64,000 bases of DNA, from positions 1 through 64,000 of IMG/VR virus record IMGVR_UViG_3300017991_005548. One strand, 5' to 3'. The notes under the pieces were generated by a model. The model was not told the origin of the DNA, did not search any database, and saw only the letters and a program-made list of their open reading frames with translations. The position numbers and the translations under genes are program-made. Of this stretch, positions 26,647 to 35,214 are shown in pieces; the stretch's first letter is position 1, and the number at the start of each line of letters is the position of its first letter.

Positions 26647-26739
26647 TGGTGGAGAAGATTGGAGTCGAACCAATTAAAATTGTTTGCCGAAGAGAGCCTT
26701 ATAACAAGCTCAGTTTGCCCTCCGCAGGGCATCTTCTCC
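26647..26739 (-). ncRNA. tRNA-like RNA: intact acceptor stem, T arm and CCA, non-tRNA core
   Basis: GGAGAAG/CTTCTCC-ACCA; ATTGG-TTCGACT-CCAAT; internal hairpins GCCCT/AGGGC and GAGCTT/AGGCTC; no 7-nt anticodon loop. Confidence 0.65.
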
Positions 26740-26776
26740 AGTTGTTTTAGAACTCTGTTCGTTAAAACATCGTTCT

Positions 26777-26853
26777 TGGTAGTTGGGACAGGACTCGAAC
26801 CTGCATCCTCCGATATGTAAAAACGGTGCTCCGCGCAATTAAGCTACCCAACC
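26777..26853 (-). tRNA. tRNA-Val(UAC), divergent
   Basis: Loop TTTACAT; U-U mismatch in the anticodon stem; D loop lacks GG; canonical T arm; ACCA end. Confidence 0.75.
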
Positions 26854-26879
26854 AACAATAATAAATTGTAAAAGATCAC

Positions 26880-26910
26880 AAAAAAAGCCCTGTCATTTCT
26901 GACAGGGCTT
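26880..26910 (-). terminator. Attenuator terminator upstream of the Val/Ala/Ile tRNA genes
   Basis: 9-bp stem GCCCTGTCA-GAAA-TGACAGGGC followed by U7. Confidence 0.9.
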
Positions 26911-26932
26911 AAACCGACTTCTGGAAACTACA

Positions 26933-27019
26933 TCATCCAGAAAGAGCAGAAAAGCCCTGCCCGTCTGCGACTACCGCGACGGCTACTACTGCTATGGCTA
27001 TTTCTACTCTCTTTTTCAT
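26933..27019 (-). CDS. Val/Ala/Ile-rich attenuator leader peptide MKKRVEIAIAVVAVAVVADGQGFSALSG (28 aa)
   Basis: GGAG SD 9 nt upstream; 12 consecutive Ile/Ala/Val codons; contains antiterminator segment GCAGGGCTT (26952-26960). Confidence 0.85.
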   Translation of the reverse strand: MKKRVEIAIAVVAVAVVADGQGFSALSG

Positions 27020-27047
27020 AAAACATATCTCCAGTTACGTTGCCCCT

Positions 27048-27075
27048 ATTATAAGGCATCTATTTGGCTTTTCAA
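27048..27075 (-). promoter_or_regulatory. sigma70-type promoter of the Val/Ala/Ile tRNA operon
   Basis: TTGAAA-N16-TATAAT followed by AGGGGCAAC; near-identical to 11735..11762. Confidence 0.75.
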
Positions 27076-27100
27076 GCTCGAATCGAAAATAAATTCGTCT

Positions 27101-27661
27101 TTATTGAAGAAAAATCAAAAAAAACTCTCTGTGCCTGTTGCAAGCAGATGAAGCGAACTCTTTTATGTTCTCCATATCTTCATTTGAAAGGTGCGAAGCA
27201 CAATCAACAAAGACATATGTTGGCTCCAAACCCAGACCCCAACAGGACCGAGAAGATAAGAGAAAGTGGATATTGAAGCCATCTGCTTCAGTCATTTGAG
27301 GCCACTCAATGTGGTCAATACTATGGTCTCTTAATGTAGCATTGCACATGTTCCTATGAAATTCAAGTTGTCGTGCGTTATGCGAGAACACAGCAGAATC
27401 TACTCTATTTCTAGCAATAAACTCCATAAGTGCAGTTGAATGACCACTTCTTCTTGTTGCCCTAGCATGTACTGTACACCATGAATCAATCCAATTGGGA
27501 TAAGAACTACCACTATCCCAAAATCGCGCTTGGTTTTGACATGTTCTTGAAATGGAAACAAGGGTCTCCAAAGCCCCCAATACCGTATCCTCACAATTTG
27601 AGACGATATTAACGGCTCTGGTTTGCATAGAGTCTAGCTTTACGACTCCGCAATTAGACAT
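27101..27661 (-). CDS. Hypothetical protein, possible degenerate P-loop fold
   Basis: RRSGHST and hhhhD (YVFVD) resemble Walker A/B without the catalytic Lys. Confidence 0.5.
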   Translation of the reverse strand: MSNCGVVKLDSMQTRAVNIVSNCEDTVLGALETLVSISRTCQNQARFWDSGSSYPNWIDSWCTVHARATRRSGHSTALMEFIARNRVDSAVFSHNARQLEFHRNMCNATLRDHSIDHIEWPQMTEADGFNIHFLLSSRSCWGLGLEPTYVFVDCASHLSNEDMENIKEFASSACNRHREFFLIFLQ

Positions 27662-27993
27662 TATTCTTCTGCTTCTTCTGGACCTTGTTCGTCGCCATCA
27701 GCTTCATCAGGATCATCCACCTCAGGCTCAATAATGCGCATCTGAGGCATTACGGTAGAATTCATCTTTCTTCTGTTCTGAGCTTCTCTTCTTTCATCAT
27801 TGATGACTTCAAAATAGTATTGAAGAGTGCCCATCAAATAACGGTATGAACCAGTCCACTCATGGAACTCATTGTAATTACCTTCATCAGAAACGTTATT
27901 CCCCATAATGAAGAACTCTCTTACGTTTTTGATTTCGACTTCCGAAGATCTCTGTTTTTCCTGTTCAGTTTCTGGGATCAGTTTGATAATCAT
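27661..27993 (-). CDS. Hypothetical protein with acidic tail
   Basis: 110 aa, AGGAG SD. Confidence 0.7.
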   Translation of the reverse strand: MIIKLIPETEQEKQRSSEVEIKNVREFFIMGNNVSDEGNYNEFHEWTGSYRYLMGTLQYYFEVINDERREAQNRRKMNSTVMPQMRIIEPEVDDPDEADGDEQGPEEAEE

Positions 27994-28008
27994 GCTTTTC
28001 TCCTGTGA

Positions 28009-28926
28009 TTATATGTTGAGTTTTTCCTTAAGAATTTTCCTAAATGTCTTGGCCGCACCTTCTGGGGTAGCATTTTCCAAGTACCATTGATAGCCGTTTT
28101 CGGCAATTTCCTTGATATTATACCGATTTTCTAAGTCTTTGAGATCAGTATCCTCATCAATATAGATATAATGTTTACCTTCAACCAGTGGATTATAGTA
28201 ATAGGGCTTGTAATTAAGCAGTAAAGGCTTCTTCATCATCATGTAATCGATTTCTCTCCGATTCTTCTTGTCAGTAACGACAGTTGACCTTCCACCAAGA
28301 ACGATACCATATTTACTTCTAGCCATATAATCTCGATATTCATCATCATTCAGTGGTCTTCCGGTTTTCTTCAAACCTTGATCGCTTCTGATGACCTCAA
28401 TTCCTTGTTTTTCTAACTCTGGAAGAAGCTTATGTCTGGCTTTCCAGTTCTTGCCACAGAAGAAACCAAGTCTATCAATTTCAACTTCTTGTTGAAGTTC
28501 TTCTTCTCTGCCAACAAACTTGGTGAACAAACGACTTGGAAAAAATGTCCAAGGACAGAACTTATCTCTGAACACTTGAAGTTCCTCAAGAGATTTTGGG
28601 ATCATCTTCTTTCTATTCATATATCTATGAACTCGTTTAGTAGAAACATGACAATCTTGGACTTTGATAATCAAATCAAAATCATAATTGTAAACTCCCA
28701 GAGAATAACATGGACTTGGATATTCCCACAAATCAAGATAGATCTTCTTACCTGCACACTGCAATATAGTAGCTCGATACCATCTTGTTACTTTTAATGC
28801 TTCCTCATGATAAAACATGTCGTAAAGATCACTGTTTTTGAGAGCATTCAAAAGGTATGGCATCCCTAGAGTACCACCATATCCGTCCAACTGCTTTTTA
28901 TTAATACCTAACTTGATTTTTTCCAC
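28009..28926 (-). CDS. Putative glycosyltransferase (GT-B, CgeB-like C-terminus)
   Basis: YRDYMARSKYGIVL...RREIDY...LVEGKHYI...IAENG. Confidence 0.6.
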   Translation of the reverse strand: MEKIKLGINKKQLDGYGGTLGMPYLLNALKNSDLYDMFYHEEALKVTRWYRATILQCAGKKIYLDLWEYPSPCYSLGVYNYDFDLIIKVQDCHVSTKRVHRYMNRKKMIPKSLEELQVFRDKFCPWTFFPSRLFTKFVGREEELQQEVEIDRLGFFCGKNWKARHKLLPELEKQGIEVIRSDQGLKKTGRPLNDDEYRDYMARSKYGIVLGGRSTVVTDKKNRREIDYMMMKKPLLLNYKPYYYNPLVEGKHYIYIDEDTDLKDLENRYNIKEIAENGYQWYLENATPEGAAKTFRKILKEKLNI

Positions 28927-28936
28927 TTTACTTCTC

Positions 28937-30247
28937 CTATGATCTAAATGGCAAATGTTTAATTAATTTCCTCTCGCCTTTTGTCTTTTGAGAAACTGGT
29001 TTTGGAGTCGGAGGAACTTCTTCAATCTTCTCTATCTTTGGTTCAACAGTAACAGTCTTAATATCAGTGTTGACCCTTTGGATATTCTGGTTACTGGACC
29101 CAACAGAAACGTCATCTCCCGTATTATCAACAGAAACTACACGATAAGATTTCTTAACTTCTGGGACTTCTTCAATCTCTGTAGTTCTAACAACAGGTTC
29201 TTGCGATTTCTTAACCTTAGCGGCAGTAGTCATTTCTCTTGATGCGGATATAAGTTCATCTCTTTTCTCAAGATTCTTTAAATAAGGTTTCTGAGCGTCT
29301 TCTGGCTCATCTTTCGTCTTATCCTTATCTCCTGGCTTACAATACATGCCCCAAGTTCTTTCATCCTCAACTTTTCCTAACTTTCCTGTCACTTCTTCCA
29401 TAGCCTCTGAGAATGGCATGTGAGGGAAACAAGTAAGACCAGAATCAGGATTACAGTTGTAAACCTCAAGTCCTTCTTCCTTGAAATATGGCTGAAGTTT
29501 GGGATAATATTCAGTATTCATTATCTTGTATGTCTTCTTATTGCAGTTAACAGCACCTTTCTCTCGTCTTTCATCAAAATGATAAGTGTAGTCTTCAGAC
29601 ATTGTGAAATCTGCACCCAAAAGATAAATTCTTCTAAAACCAAGCAAGAAAAGGATTCTGACAGCAGGAAGCATAACGCTTCTACCTCCACCATACTGTC
29701 CACTATTTCCCCAGTTAATTTTATCTTCGAAAAGCCAACGGCTTGCCTCAAATTTCTCATTCCTATGAAAGAAAACGCAATTAGGGCACTCGCCAACAAG
29801 AACTTTCTTGCCCTCTTTCTTCATTTCTGACCAAGTATCATTATCAAAAATTGGCTTCTCAGCATGAGCATGTGGAACAAACTTAGTAATTGCTGGATCA
29901 AGCCAAATTGATTTAAGAAATCTCTGAGGATCATCTACGCATGACCAAAAAGTTGGTCGAAAAGTCGCAGGTCCATTGTTTACCCCATAAGTGATGACCC
30001 CTGGTTTTTTTAACGCCGCAAGATCATACATCCCACTTACTAAACTTGGCCCATTAAGAATCAAAAAAGCAGAAGCTCCTTTGTATTGACCAACCAAATT
30101 TAACTGAGCGCACTCTCTGGTAAAGAAGAATGGAGTCTGCTGATAATATTCATTCGACACGCAATGTCCAAGGTGTCTATCTCGATGATGCCTGAATGTC
30201 TTAATATCATTGCCGTCTTTAAGTAAGCTTCTACGTCTGGTTCCCAT
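28937..30247 (-). CDS. DUF115/Maf/Cst-like transferase domain with charged C-terminal tail
   Basis: ILNGPSL, YGVNN, LGFRRIYLLGADF, VYNCNPDS motifs. Confidence 0.6.
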   Translation of the reverse strand: MGTRRRSLLKDGNDIKTFRHHRDRHLGHCVSNEYYQQTPFFFTRECAQLNLVGQYKGASAFLILNGPSLVSGMYDLAALKKPGVITYGVNNGPATFRPTFWSCVDDPQRFLKSIWLDPAITKFVPHAHAEKPIFDNDTWSEMKKEGKKVLVGECPNCVFFHRNEKFEASRWLFEDKINWGNSGQYGGGRSVMLPAVRILFLLGFRRIYLLGADFTMSEDYTYHFDERREKGAVNCNKKTYKIMNTEYYPKLQPYFKEEGLEVYNCNPDSGLTCFPHMPFSEAMEEVTGKLGKVEDERTWGMYCKPGDKDKTKDEPEDAQKPYLKNLEKRDELISASREMTTAAKVKKSQEPVVRTTEIEEVPEVKKSYRVVSVDNTGDDVSVGSSNQNIQRVNTDIKTVTVEPKIEKIEEVPPTPKPVSQKTKGERKLIKHLPFRS

Positions 30248-30276
30248 ATATATTCTCCATTAAGAACTTTTTTTCA

Positions 30277-30594
30277 TTATACAATAACCTCTTCACCAAA
30301 CTCAACATCGAACCCAGTTACTAGAAAGGTTTTTTCTTTTGTTTCGCCATTAAATGGTTTTACATAATATTCTACTACAATTTTAGTGAATTCATCAGCC
30401 GAGGCATCGAGTCGGATAGATTTAACCGCTCCATTGCTGATTTCTTCATTTTTTACATTACACTTTATATCCATTCCATGGATGTAGAACTGAGAATAGT
30501 GTTGTCTACCAAATATTCTTCCATCAGAAATGCAAATGGGGGATGGAAATGAAGAATCAAGTCTCCCTCCATGGAAATTACTATGTTCGGACAT
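30277..30594 (-). CDS. Hypothetical protein
   Basis: Start revised to MSEHS after a GAGG SD; weakly similar to the neighbour. Confidence 0.55.
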   Translation of the reverse strand: MSEHSNFHGGRLDSSFPSPICISDGRIFGRQHYSQFYIHGMDIKCNVKNEEISNGAVKSIRLDASADEFTKIVVEYYVKPFNGETKEKTFLVTGFDVEFGEEVIV

Positions 30595-30596
30595 CC

Positions 30597-30944
30597 TTAT
30601 ACCTCTATTACGTGCTCGTCCCATAGCTTTTGCGCTTCTTCTCTATCATTTGCTAAAAAATCAACATCTAAACGAGATATGGGGAATCTTGCAACCTTAC
30701 CTTTTTCCCCATTTGTCCCGTAAGTTTCAATTATTAAGTAACAGACATCTCCAGCAACAACCTCAATTGTGGCACGTTTAAGAGTATACTCATCTGGTAG
30801 TTCCCATGTATCTTTTGCGTCTATTTCAATCTTATCCCATGTTAACTTTTCAAAATCTGGACCATGTTCTCCGCTCATGTTACACATTTTTTTTGGACGA
30901 CCAAAAAGACAACAAAGACAAGTATCTGATCTTAATTTTTTCAT
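30597..30944 (-). CDS. Hypothetical protein
   Basis: 115 aa co-oriented ORF. Confidence 0.6.
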   Translation of the reverse strand: MKKLRSDTCLCCLFGRPKKMCNMSGEHGPDFEKLTWDKIEIDAKDTWELPDEYTLKRATIEVVAGDVCYLIIETYGTNGEKGKVARFPISRLDVDFLANDREEAQKLWDEHVIEV

Positions 30945-30947
30945 GAT

Positions 30948-31688
30948 TTACCTTTGGATATTTGGCCCACCCCTATCATGATTGAGATGATATTGAGGAA
31001 GAACATTTAACGGTCTTCTGCCACCCATATGAACTCTAAACTGTCGGTCAGATTTCGTTCTTCTCCAAACATCTCTAAGTCTGTGGCAGTATCTCCCTAC
31101 TTTCGTTCCATCTTCCTGAACATCACCCTTCTCTTTGATTGCCTCAACTCTTGCCAATTGAAAATATCCAGCACAGGTTTTTCTTCCGCTAATCCATTTC
31201 TTTGGCCAATCTTTGGGAATTTGAGCCACATCCTCGATTACACAAGGATAAACTCTCTCGTCATTTTCGAAATATTCTATGCAAAAGGGAATATCTAAAG
31301 AATGACGATCAGCCCCAAGAACTTTTGTTTCGTCTTTATAATCATCACTCTCTAGCTTCTTCTTAATATCATCAAAAAACATTGGATCATACACCATATC
31401 AGAATCGGCAAACAAAATCCAATCAGCTTCTGTTGCTCCTGCCCTCATATTTCGAGGAATAGCCCTATTAGGAGCCTGTTTAGGGGTCAATTCGACATCA
31501 AGTATGTTCAAACCCTTTTCTTTAAAAAAATCAATAACCTGAGGAGTTGTTGGATCTCCATTTTCAGGGGTATAAGAAATGCTAACCAGTATGTCTGGTA
31601 TATCTCCTTTCTGTTGCAATATCGAACTGAGCATCCAACACAATCTTCGTTGATATGAATGACAATGTATACAAATTTCTAATTTCAT
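30948..31688 (-). CDS. GT-A fold glycosyltransferase (GT2-like)
   Basis: RN...ADWILFADSD; GYFQL; HLNH. Confidence 0.7.
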   Translation of the reverse strand: MKLEICIHCHSYQRRLCWMLSSILQQKGDIPDILVSISYTPENGDPTTPQVIDFFKEKGLNILDVELTPKQAPNRAIPRNMRAGATEADWILFADSDMVYDPMFFDDIKKKLESDDYKDETKVLGADRHSLDIPFCIEYFENDERVYPCVIEDVAQIPKDWPKKWISGRKTCAGYFQLARVEAIKEKGDVQEDGTKVGRYCHRLRDVWRRTKSDRQFRVHMGGRRPLNVLPQYHLNHDRGGPNIQR

Positions 31689-31697
31689 AAAAACTCC

Positions 31698-32351
31698 TTA
31701 AGCTTTAACAAACCACCAAGATCTGATTACACCTCCAACAGCATGGATCTTATAACCATATCTCGCTCCATAATAATCTACTACCGTTTTGACATGATAA
31801 TCCAAACCTCTCCCCCAATAATCTTTCATGCCAGAATTCTCACCATCTTTATAATCATGACCTGCTACCACTCCACCCGTTCTAACTTTAGGAGTCCATG
31901 CATAGATATCATTAAATATTCCTTCCAAACTGTGGTCGCCATCGATGTATACAAAATCAAGAAGGCCATCTGGGATTTCCTGATAAACCTCAATACTAAA
32001 TGCCTTGACTAATTCAACCCTTCCAGCATCAATAAATTCTTTCAGATGATTCTCACAATCTTTTTGTCGATTACTTCCATCCTTGTCATACTTTTCTTTC
32101 CCATAACCAGATCCAAAATCATCAATCCATGGATCAATACAATAGTATTTCTGCAAATCTGATTTAGAAACCATGTGGTGAGAAAACGTCCCCTTGTCAA
32201 CCCCTATTTCTGCTCCGAATTGATATTTCATATCTTTGCAAAGCTTAGGAAAAAAGTGATCTCGGTACTTATTTTTTCCTTTCTCTTTAAGGATCTTACT
32301 CGCGACTTCTTCAACTTGATTGATTATTTGTTCATTCCTGTACTTCACCAT
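31698..32351 (-). CDS. Class I SAM methyltransferase (Methyltransf_24-like)
   Basis: AEIGVDKG, IDPW, DFVYIDGDH, GGVVAGHDY; start revised to MVKYR after GGAG. Confidence 0.85.
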   Translation of the reverse strand: MVKYRNEQIINQVEEVASKILKEKGKNKYRDHFFPKLCKDMKYQFGAEIGVDKGTFSHHMVSKSDLQKYYCIDPWIDDFGSGYGKEKYDKDGSNRQKDCENHLKEFIDAGRVELVKAFSIEVYQEIPDGLLDFVYIDGDHSLEGIFNDIYAWTPKVRTGGVVAGHDYKDGENSGMKDYWGRGLDYHVKTVVDYYGARYGYKIHAVGGVIRSWWFVKA

Positions 32352-32383
32352 AGAAAACTCCAGCATTATTGTATTCGAATTTA

Positions 32384-33175
32384 TTATACAGTTTCGTCGT
32401 AGATCCCACCCCATCCATTTGGGTTGGCCTTATAGGGTCTTGTCCCCCTCATCGCCTTGGTAAGAATCTTCTTGTTCTTCTCCTGACAAGCCAGATCATT
32501 TTTTAAATTTGGCTTAGAATGTGGTTGATGAAAAAGATTTATGCTTTCCATTGTCTCTCCAAGCCAAATAACCTTGGCTCCTGATCGCCCCATTCTTGTA
32601 AAAAGATCAAAATCTTCAGAACCCCACCCTACAAAAGCTTCATCAAAACCTCCGACTTTATGCCATTGATCAATGTGAGCACACTGACAGCCGCCAGCAG
32701 TAGTTCTTTTTTTGATTCTCCCCCGTCTACATGAAGCTAAATTTTCGAATGGGTCAAGTCTCCCTTTGTATATCTGATTAGCTATTTTTGGTTTCCAATA
32801 CATAGTCCTAGACTCAATGAAAACATTTGGAGCAACTCTCTTCAAAATCTCATCAACAAAAGTTGGCCCGAAAAAGATATCAACATCAGTGGTCATGATG
32901 TATGGAGTTCTAGCATTTCTAATTCCCACATTGTTCATCTTCGCTCTTTCAAATTCTTCCCCAAGAGGCTCTTGAACAATTCTAATCAATGGTTCGCATT
33001 CTCTGGATTCAAAAAACTTCTTAAGTTCATCATAATTCTTACTCCCACCATCAGCTATAACCACCTCAAAATCTTTATTGGTTTGCTTTTCTAATGATAA
33101 TAAGAAAAACTTTGTGATATTCTTTTTAAGGTCTAACCGATCCCTATTAGAAGCGGCTATAGTCAAGGTTTTCAT
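32384..33175 (-). CDS. GT2/GT7C-like glycosyltransferase
   Basis: VIADGGS, TDVD, GGFDEAFVGWGSED. Confidence 0.85.
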   Translation of the reverse strand: MKTLTIAASNRDRLDLKKNITKFFLLSLEKQTNKDFEVVIADGGSKNYDELKKFFESRECEPLIRIVQEPLGEEFERAKMNNVGIRNARTPYIMTTDVDIFFGPTFVDEILKRVAPNVFIESRTMYWKPKIANQIYKGRLDPFENLASCRRGRIKKRTTAGGCQCAHIDQWHKVGGFDEAFVGWGSEDFDLFTRMGRSGAKVIWLGETMESINLFHQPHSKPNLKNDLACQEKNKKILTKAMRGTRPYKANPNGWGGIYDETV

Positions 33176-33909
33176 TACTTCTCCTTTGGCGGGGCGTATC
33201 TATACGATGGAAGTCCCTGATAGTGTATAAAATGAACTCTTTTGGAATTAATCTCTTTCTTTGTATATGAAGAATACTTCCATAAATTGCAAAATTCTGG
33301 CTCATGCAGTTCCCAGTATTTCTCTTGTCCCATCCATCCTCCAGATCTACGATCCATCGCCCTTGCAAGTGGAGGCTCCGCTGAATTCCCAGGTTTCTTT
33401 TCCCAACATTCTATGATCTCATCTGGGAAGGTCTTATCTCTAATGTAAAGGAATCCTGCATTAGGAAGCTTTCTGGTATCCTTCTTGCCTCTCCAGAAAC
33501 ATTTCCTGCGCTTATATTGCTGTAAATTAGCTTGACAGTATTCCTTCTTCCCCATAACTTCCCAGAAATCATTCGGCAATGCTTTTTTTGCGTGACAATC
33601 CCAATCAATAAACACAATCTCATCATAATCTTCCATGGCTATCTTTAAAATATCCAATTTATGTCGATATTGATTAGAAGACAAATCATATGGATGTGGA
33701 TCTTTGTCCAGAAGAACCAAATTATCCATTGAAAATCTATCCCTGAGATGATTATAATTCTCTTCTCCGAATATATAGGTTACAAATGGTGCTGTGAATG
33801 GATTCTTCAGAGTTTTATTGATATCATATTCCATCTTATAACGTCTTTCCACAACCCTATTCTCTCTTGAGAAAATCCCCCACAGTCCTCTTATAAATGC
33901 TCTTTTCAT
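33175..33909 (-). CDS. Putative GT-A glycosyltransferase, KRxFIRGLWG family copy 4
   Basis: RHKL, FIDWD (DxD), PNAGF; start revised to MKRAF by paralog alignment. Confidence 0.6.
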   Translation of the reverse strand: MKRAFIRGLWGIFSRENRVVERRYKMEYDINKTLKNPFTAPFVTYIFGEENYNHLRDRFSMDNLVLLDKDPHPYDLSSNQYRHKLDILKIAMEDYDEIVFIDWDCHAKKALPNDFWEVMGKKEYCQANLQQYKRRKCFWRGKKDTRKLPNAGFLYIRDKTFPDEIIECWEKKPGNSAEPPLARAMDRRSGGWMGQEKYWELHEPEFCNLWKYSSYTKKEINSKRVHFIHYQGLPSYRYAPPKEK

Positions 33910-33920
33910 AAGTTTCTCCT

Positions 33921-34652
33921 TTACCAACCAACCCTCAATCTTCTGTGGACCTGTTTTTTATTTAAGTGTTTGAAGCACCTGTTTTTTGATGCATATTGTT
34001 CTTTGGAAAATACCTTGCACTCATCTAGATAGAAAAAATCAGGCTCAAAATTATTCCAATACTCTTCCATACCTTGCCATCCACCGAGAAGATCATCTGT
34101 GTATTTTGCAATAACTCTTTCTTCAGACCATGGCCTACCCATATCTTCCCATAACTGCAATAGATCCTCTGCCACTTTCTTCTCTCTACAATAGACAAAA
34201 CTAGCACAAGGGATCATCTTCAAATTTTCAGTTCTCCACTTGGCTTTTCTTCTTTTGTAAGATCGAAGTATAGCTTGTAGAGGTTGCTTTTTGCTAAGGA
34301 CTTCCCAGAAATCTTCTGGCAATCTTTTGATTGGATATGTGTCCCAATCAAGAAATACAACTTCATCAAATTCCTGCATACCTTGATAAAGAACCTCCAA
34401 CTTATGTCTGAACTGTTCTGTATCTATATCCCAGACAATCGGCCTCTTATCGACCAGTTTCGCGTTAAAACCCTCATCTACCAGGAACTTATAGTTATCT
34501 TCCCCAAATACATAAGCGGTAAAAGGCTCGTTCCATGGATTCGCTTTCAAAACCTTAATGTCGTTATCTATTTTGGAGCGCCTTTTATATAAACGACGAC
34601 CTTGATGGTCATGAATGCCCCACAAACCTCTTATAAAGCCTCTTTTCATCAA
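33921..34652 (-). CDS. Putative GT-A glycosyltransferase, KRxFIRGLWG family copy 3
   Basis: RHKL, FLDWD; close paralog of 35205..35936. Confidence 0.6.
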   Translation of the reverse strand: MMKRGFIRGLWGIHDHQGRRLYKRRSKIDNDIKVLKANPWNEPFTAYVFGEDNYKFLVDEGFNAKLVDKRPIVWDIDTEQFRHKLEVLYQGMQEFDEVVFLDWDTYPIKRLPEDFWEVLSKKQPLQAILRSYKRRKAKWRTENLKMIPCASFVYCREKKVAEDLLQLWEDMGRPWSEERVIAKYTDDLLGGWQGMEEYWNNFEPDFFYLDECKVFSKEQYASKNRCFKHLNKKQVHRRLRVGW

Positions 34653-34653
34653 C

Positions 34654-35214
34654 TTAATCCTTATCTAAATCACTTACTTTGAAAAGCCAACTAGTATCAA
34701 TGAATTTCTTATGTGGTATCCCTAAAACTTCATGAACAGCCTTCCTAACAGAATCTCTCTTAATATCATGGCCAGTAATATATCCAGTTTTCTTGACTTT
34801 TGGCAACCACTTTATAATATCATTCTTAACGGCTTCATATTGATGGTTGCCGTCAATATATACCAAATCTAAGCTCTCATCTTCGAACTTATCAACTGCC
34901 TCATCTCCAGGCATTTTGTATTTTTTAAGTTTATCTTTGTGTGGAGCCATTTTTTGATCGAACATCTTCTCTACAAGCTCCATTGGCCTGCTTTTAGAAG
35001 CGCCATCACTATCATCATAACCATTCTGCCAAGGGTCAATGGCATGAATCATTTTGATATTATTGTCAGATGCAAAAATTGACGTACTATCTCCTGAATA
35101 ACAACCAATTTCTACCATAACAATATCTTTCATATCACTAACGTATTTAATCATATTCTTAAGGCCGTTTATGAGTTTGGCCTTTCTTCGCATTATATTC
35201 CTACTCATTTCCAA
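34654..35214 (-). CDS. Class I SAM methyltransferase (Methyltransf_24-like)
   Basis: VEIGCYSGDS, IDPW, DLVYIDGNH, ITGHD. Confidence 0.85.
   Translation of the reverse strand: MEMSRNIMRRKAKLINGLKNMIKYVSDMKDIVMVEIGCYSGDSTSIFASDNNIKMIHAIDPWQNGYDDSDGASKSRPMELVEKMFDQKMAPHKDKLKKYKMPGDEAVDKFEDESLDLVYIDGNHQYEAVKNDIIKWLPKVKKTGYITGHDIKRDSVRKAVHEVLGIPHKKFIDTSWLFKVSDLDKD

Noticed and set aside
11045-26820. Track ORFs overlapping the tRNA clusters (11045..11293, 11517..11741, 25660..25842, 26026..26538, 26409..26732, 26617..26820)
   Set aside because: They overlap tRNA or leader sequences, lack SDs and have no protein-like motifs; VVLVVLVVLVV in 11517..11741 is the antisense of the Thr/Lys leader.
26928-27026. 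Alternative Ser/Arg-rich leader frame (MFYEKESRNSHSSSRRGSRRR...) from the ATG at 27026
   Set aside because: Only 2 nt from the GGAG SD, and no Ser or Arg tRNAs lie downstream; the Val/Ala/Ile frame has proper spacing and matches the operon.
27101-27661. Terminase-like ATPase
   Set aside because: Only 186 aa, the Walker A Lys is replaced by His, and there is no nuclease domain; kept as hypothetical.
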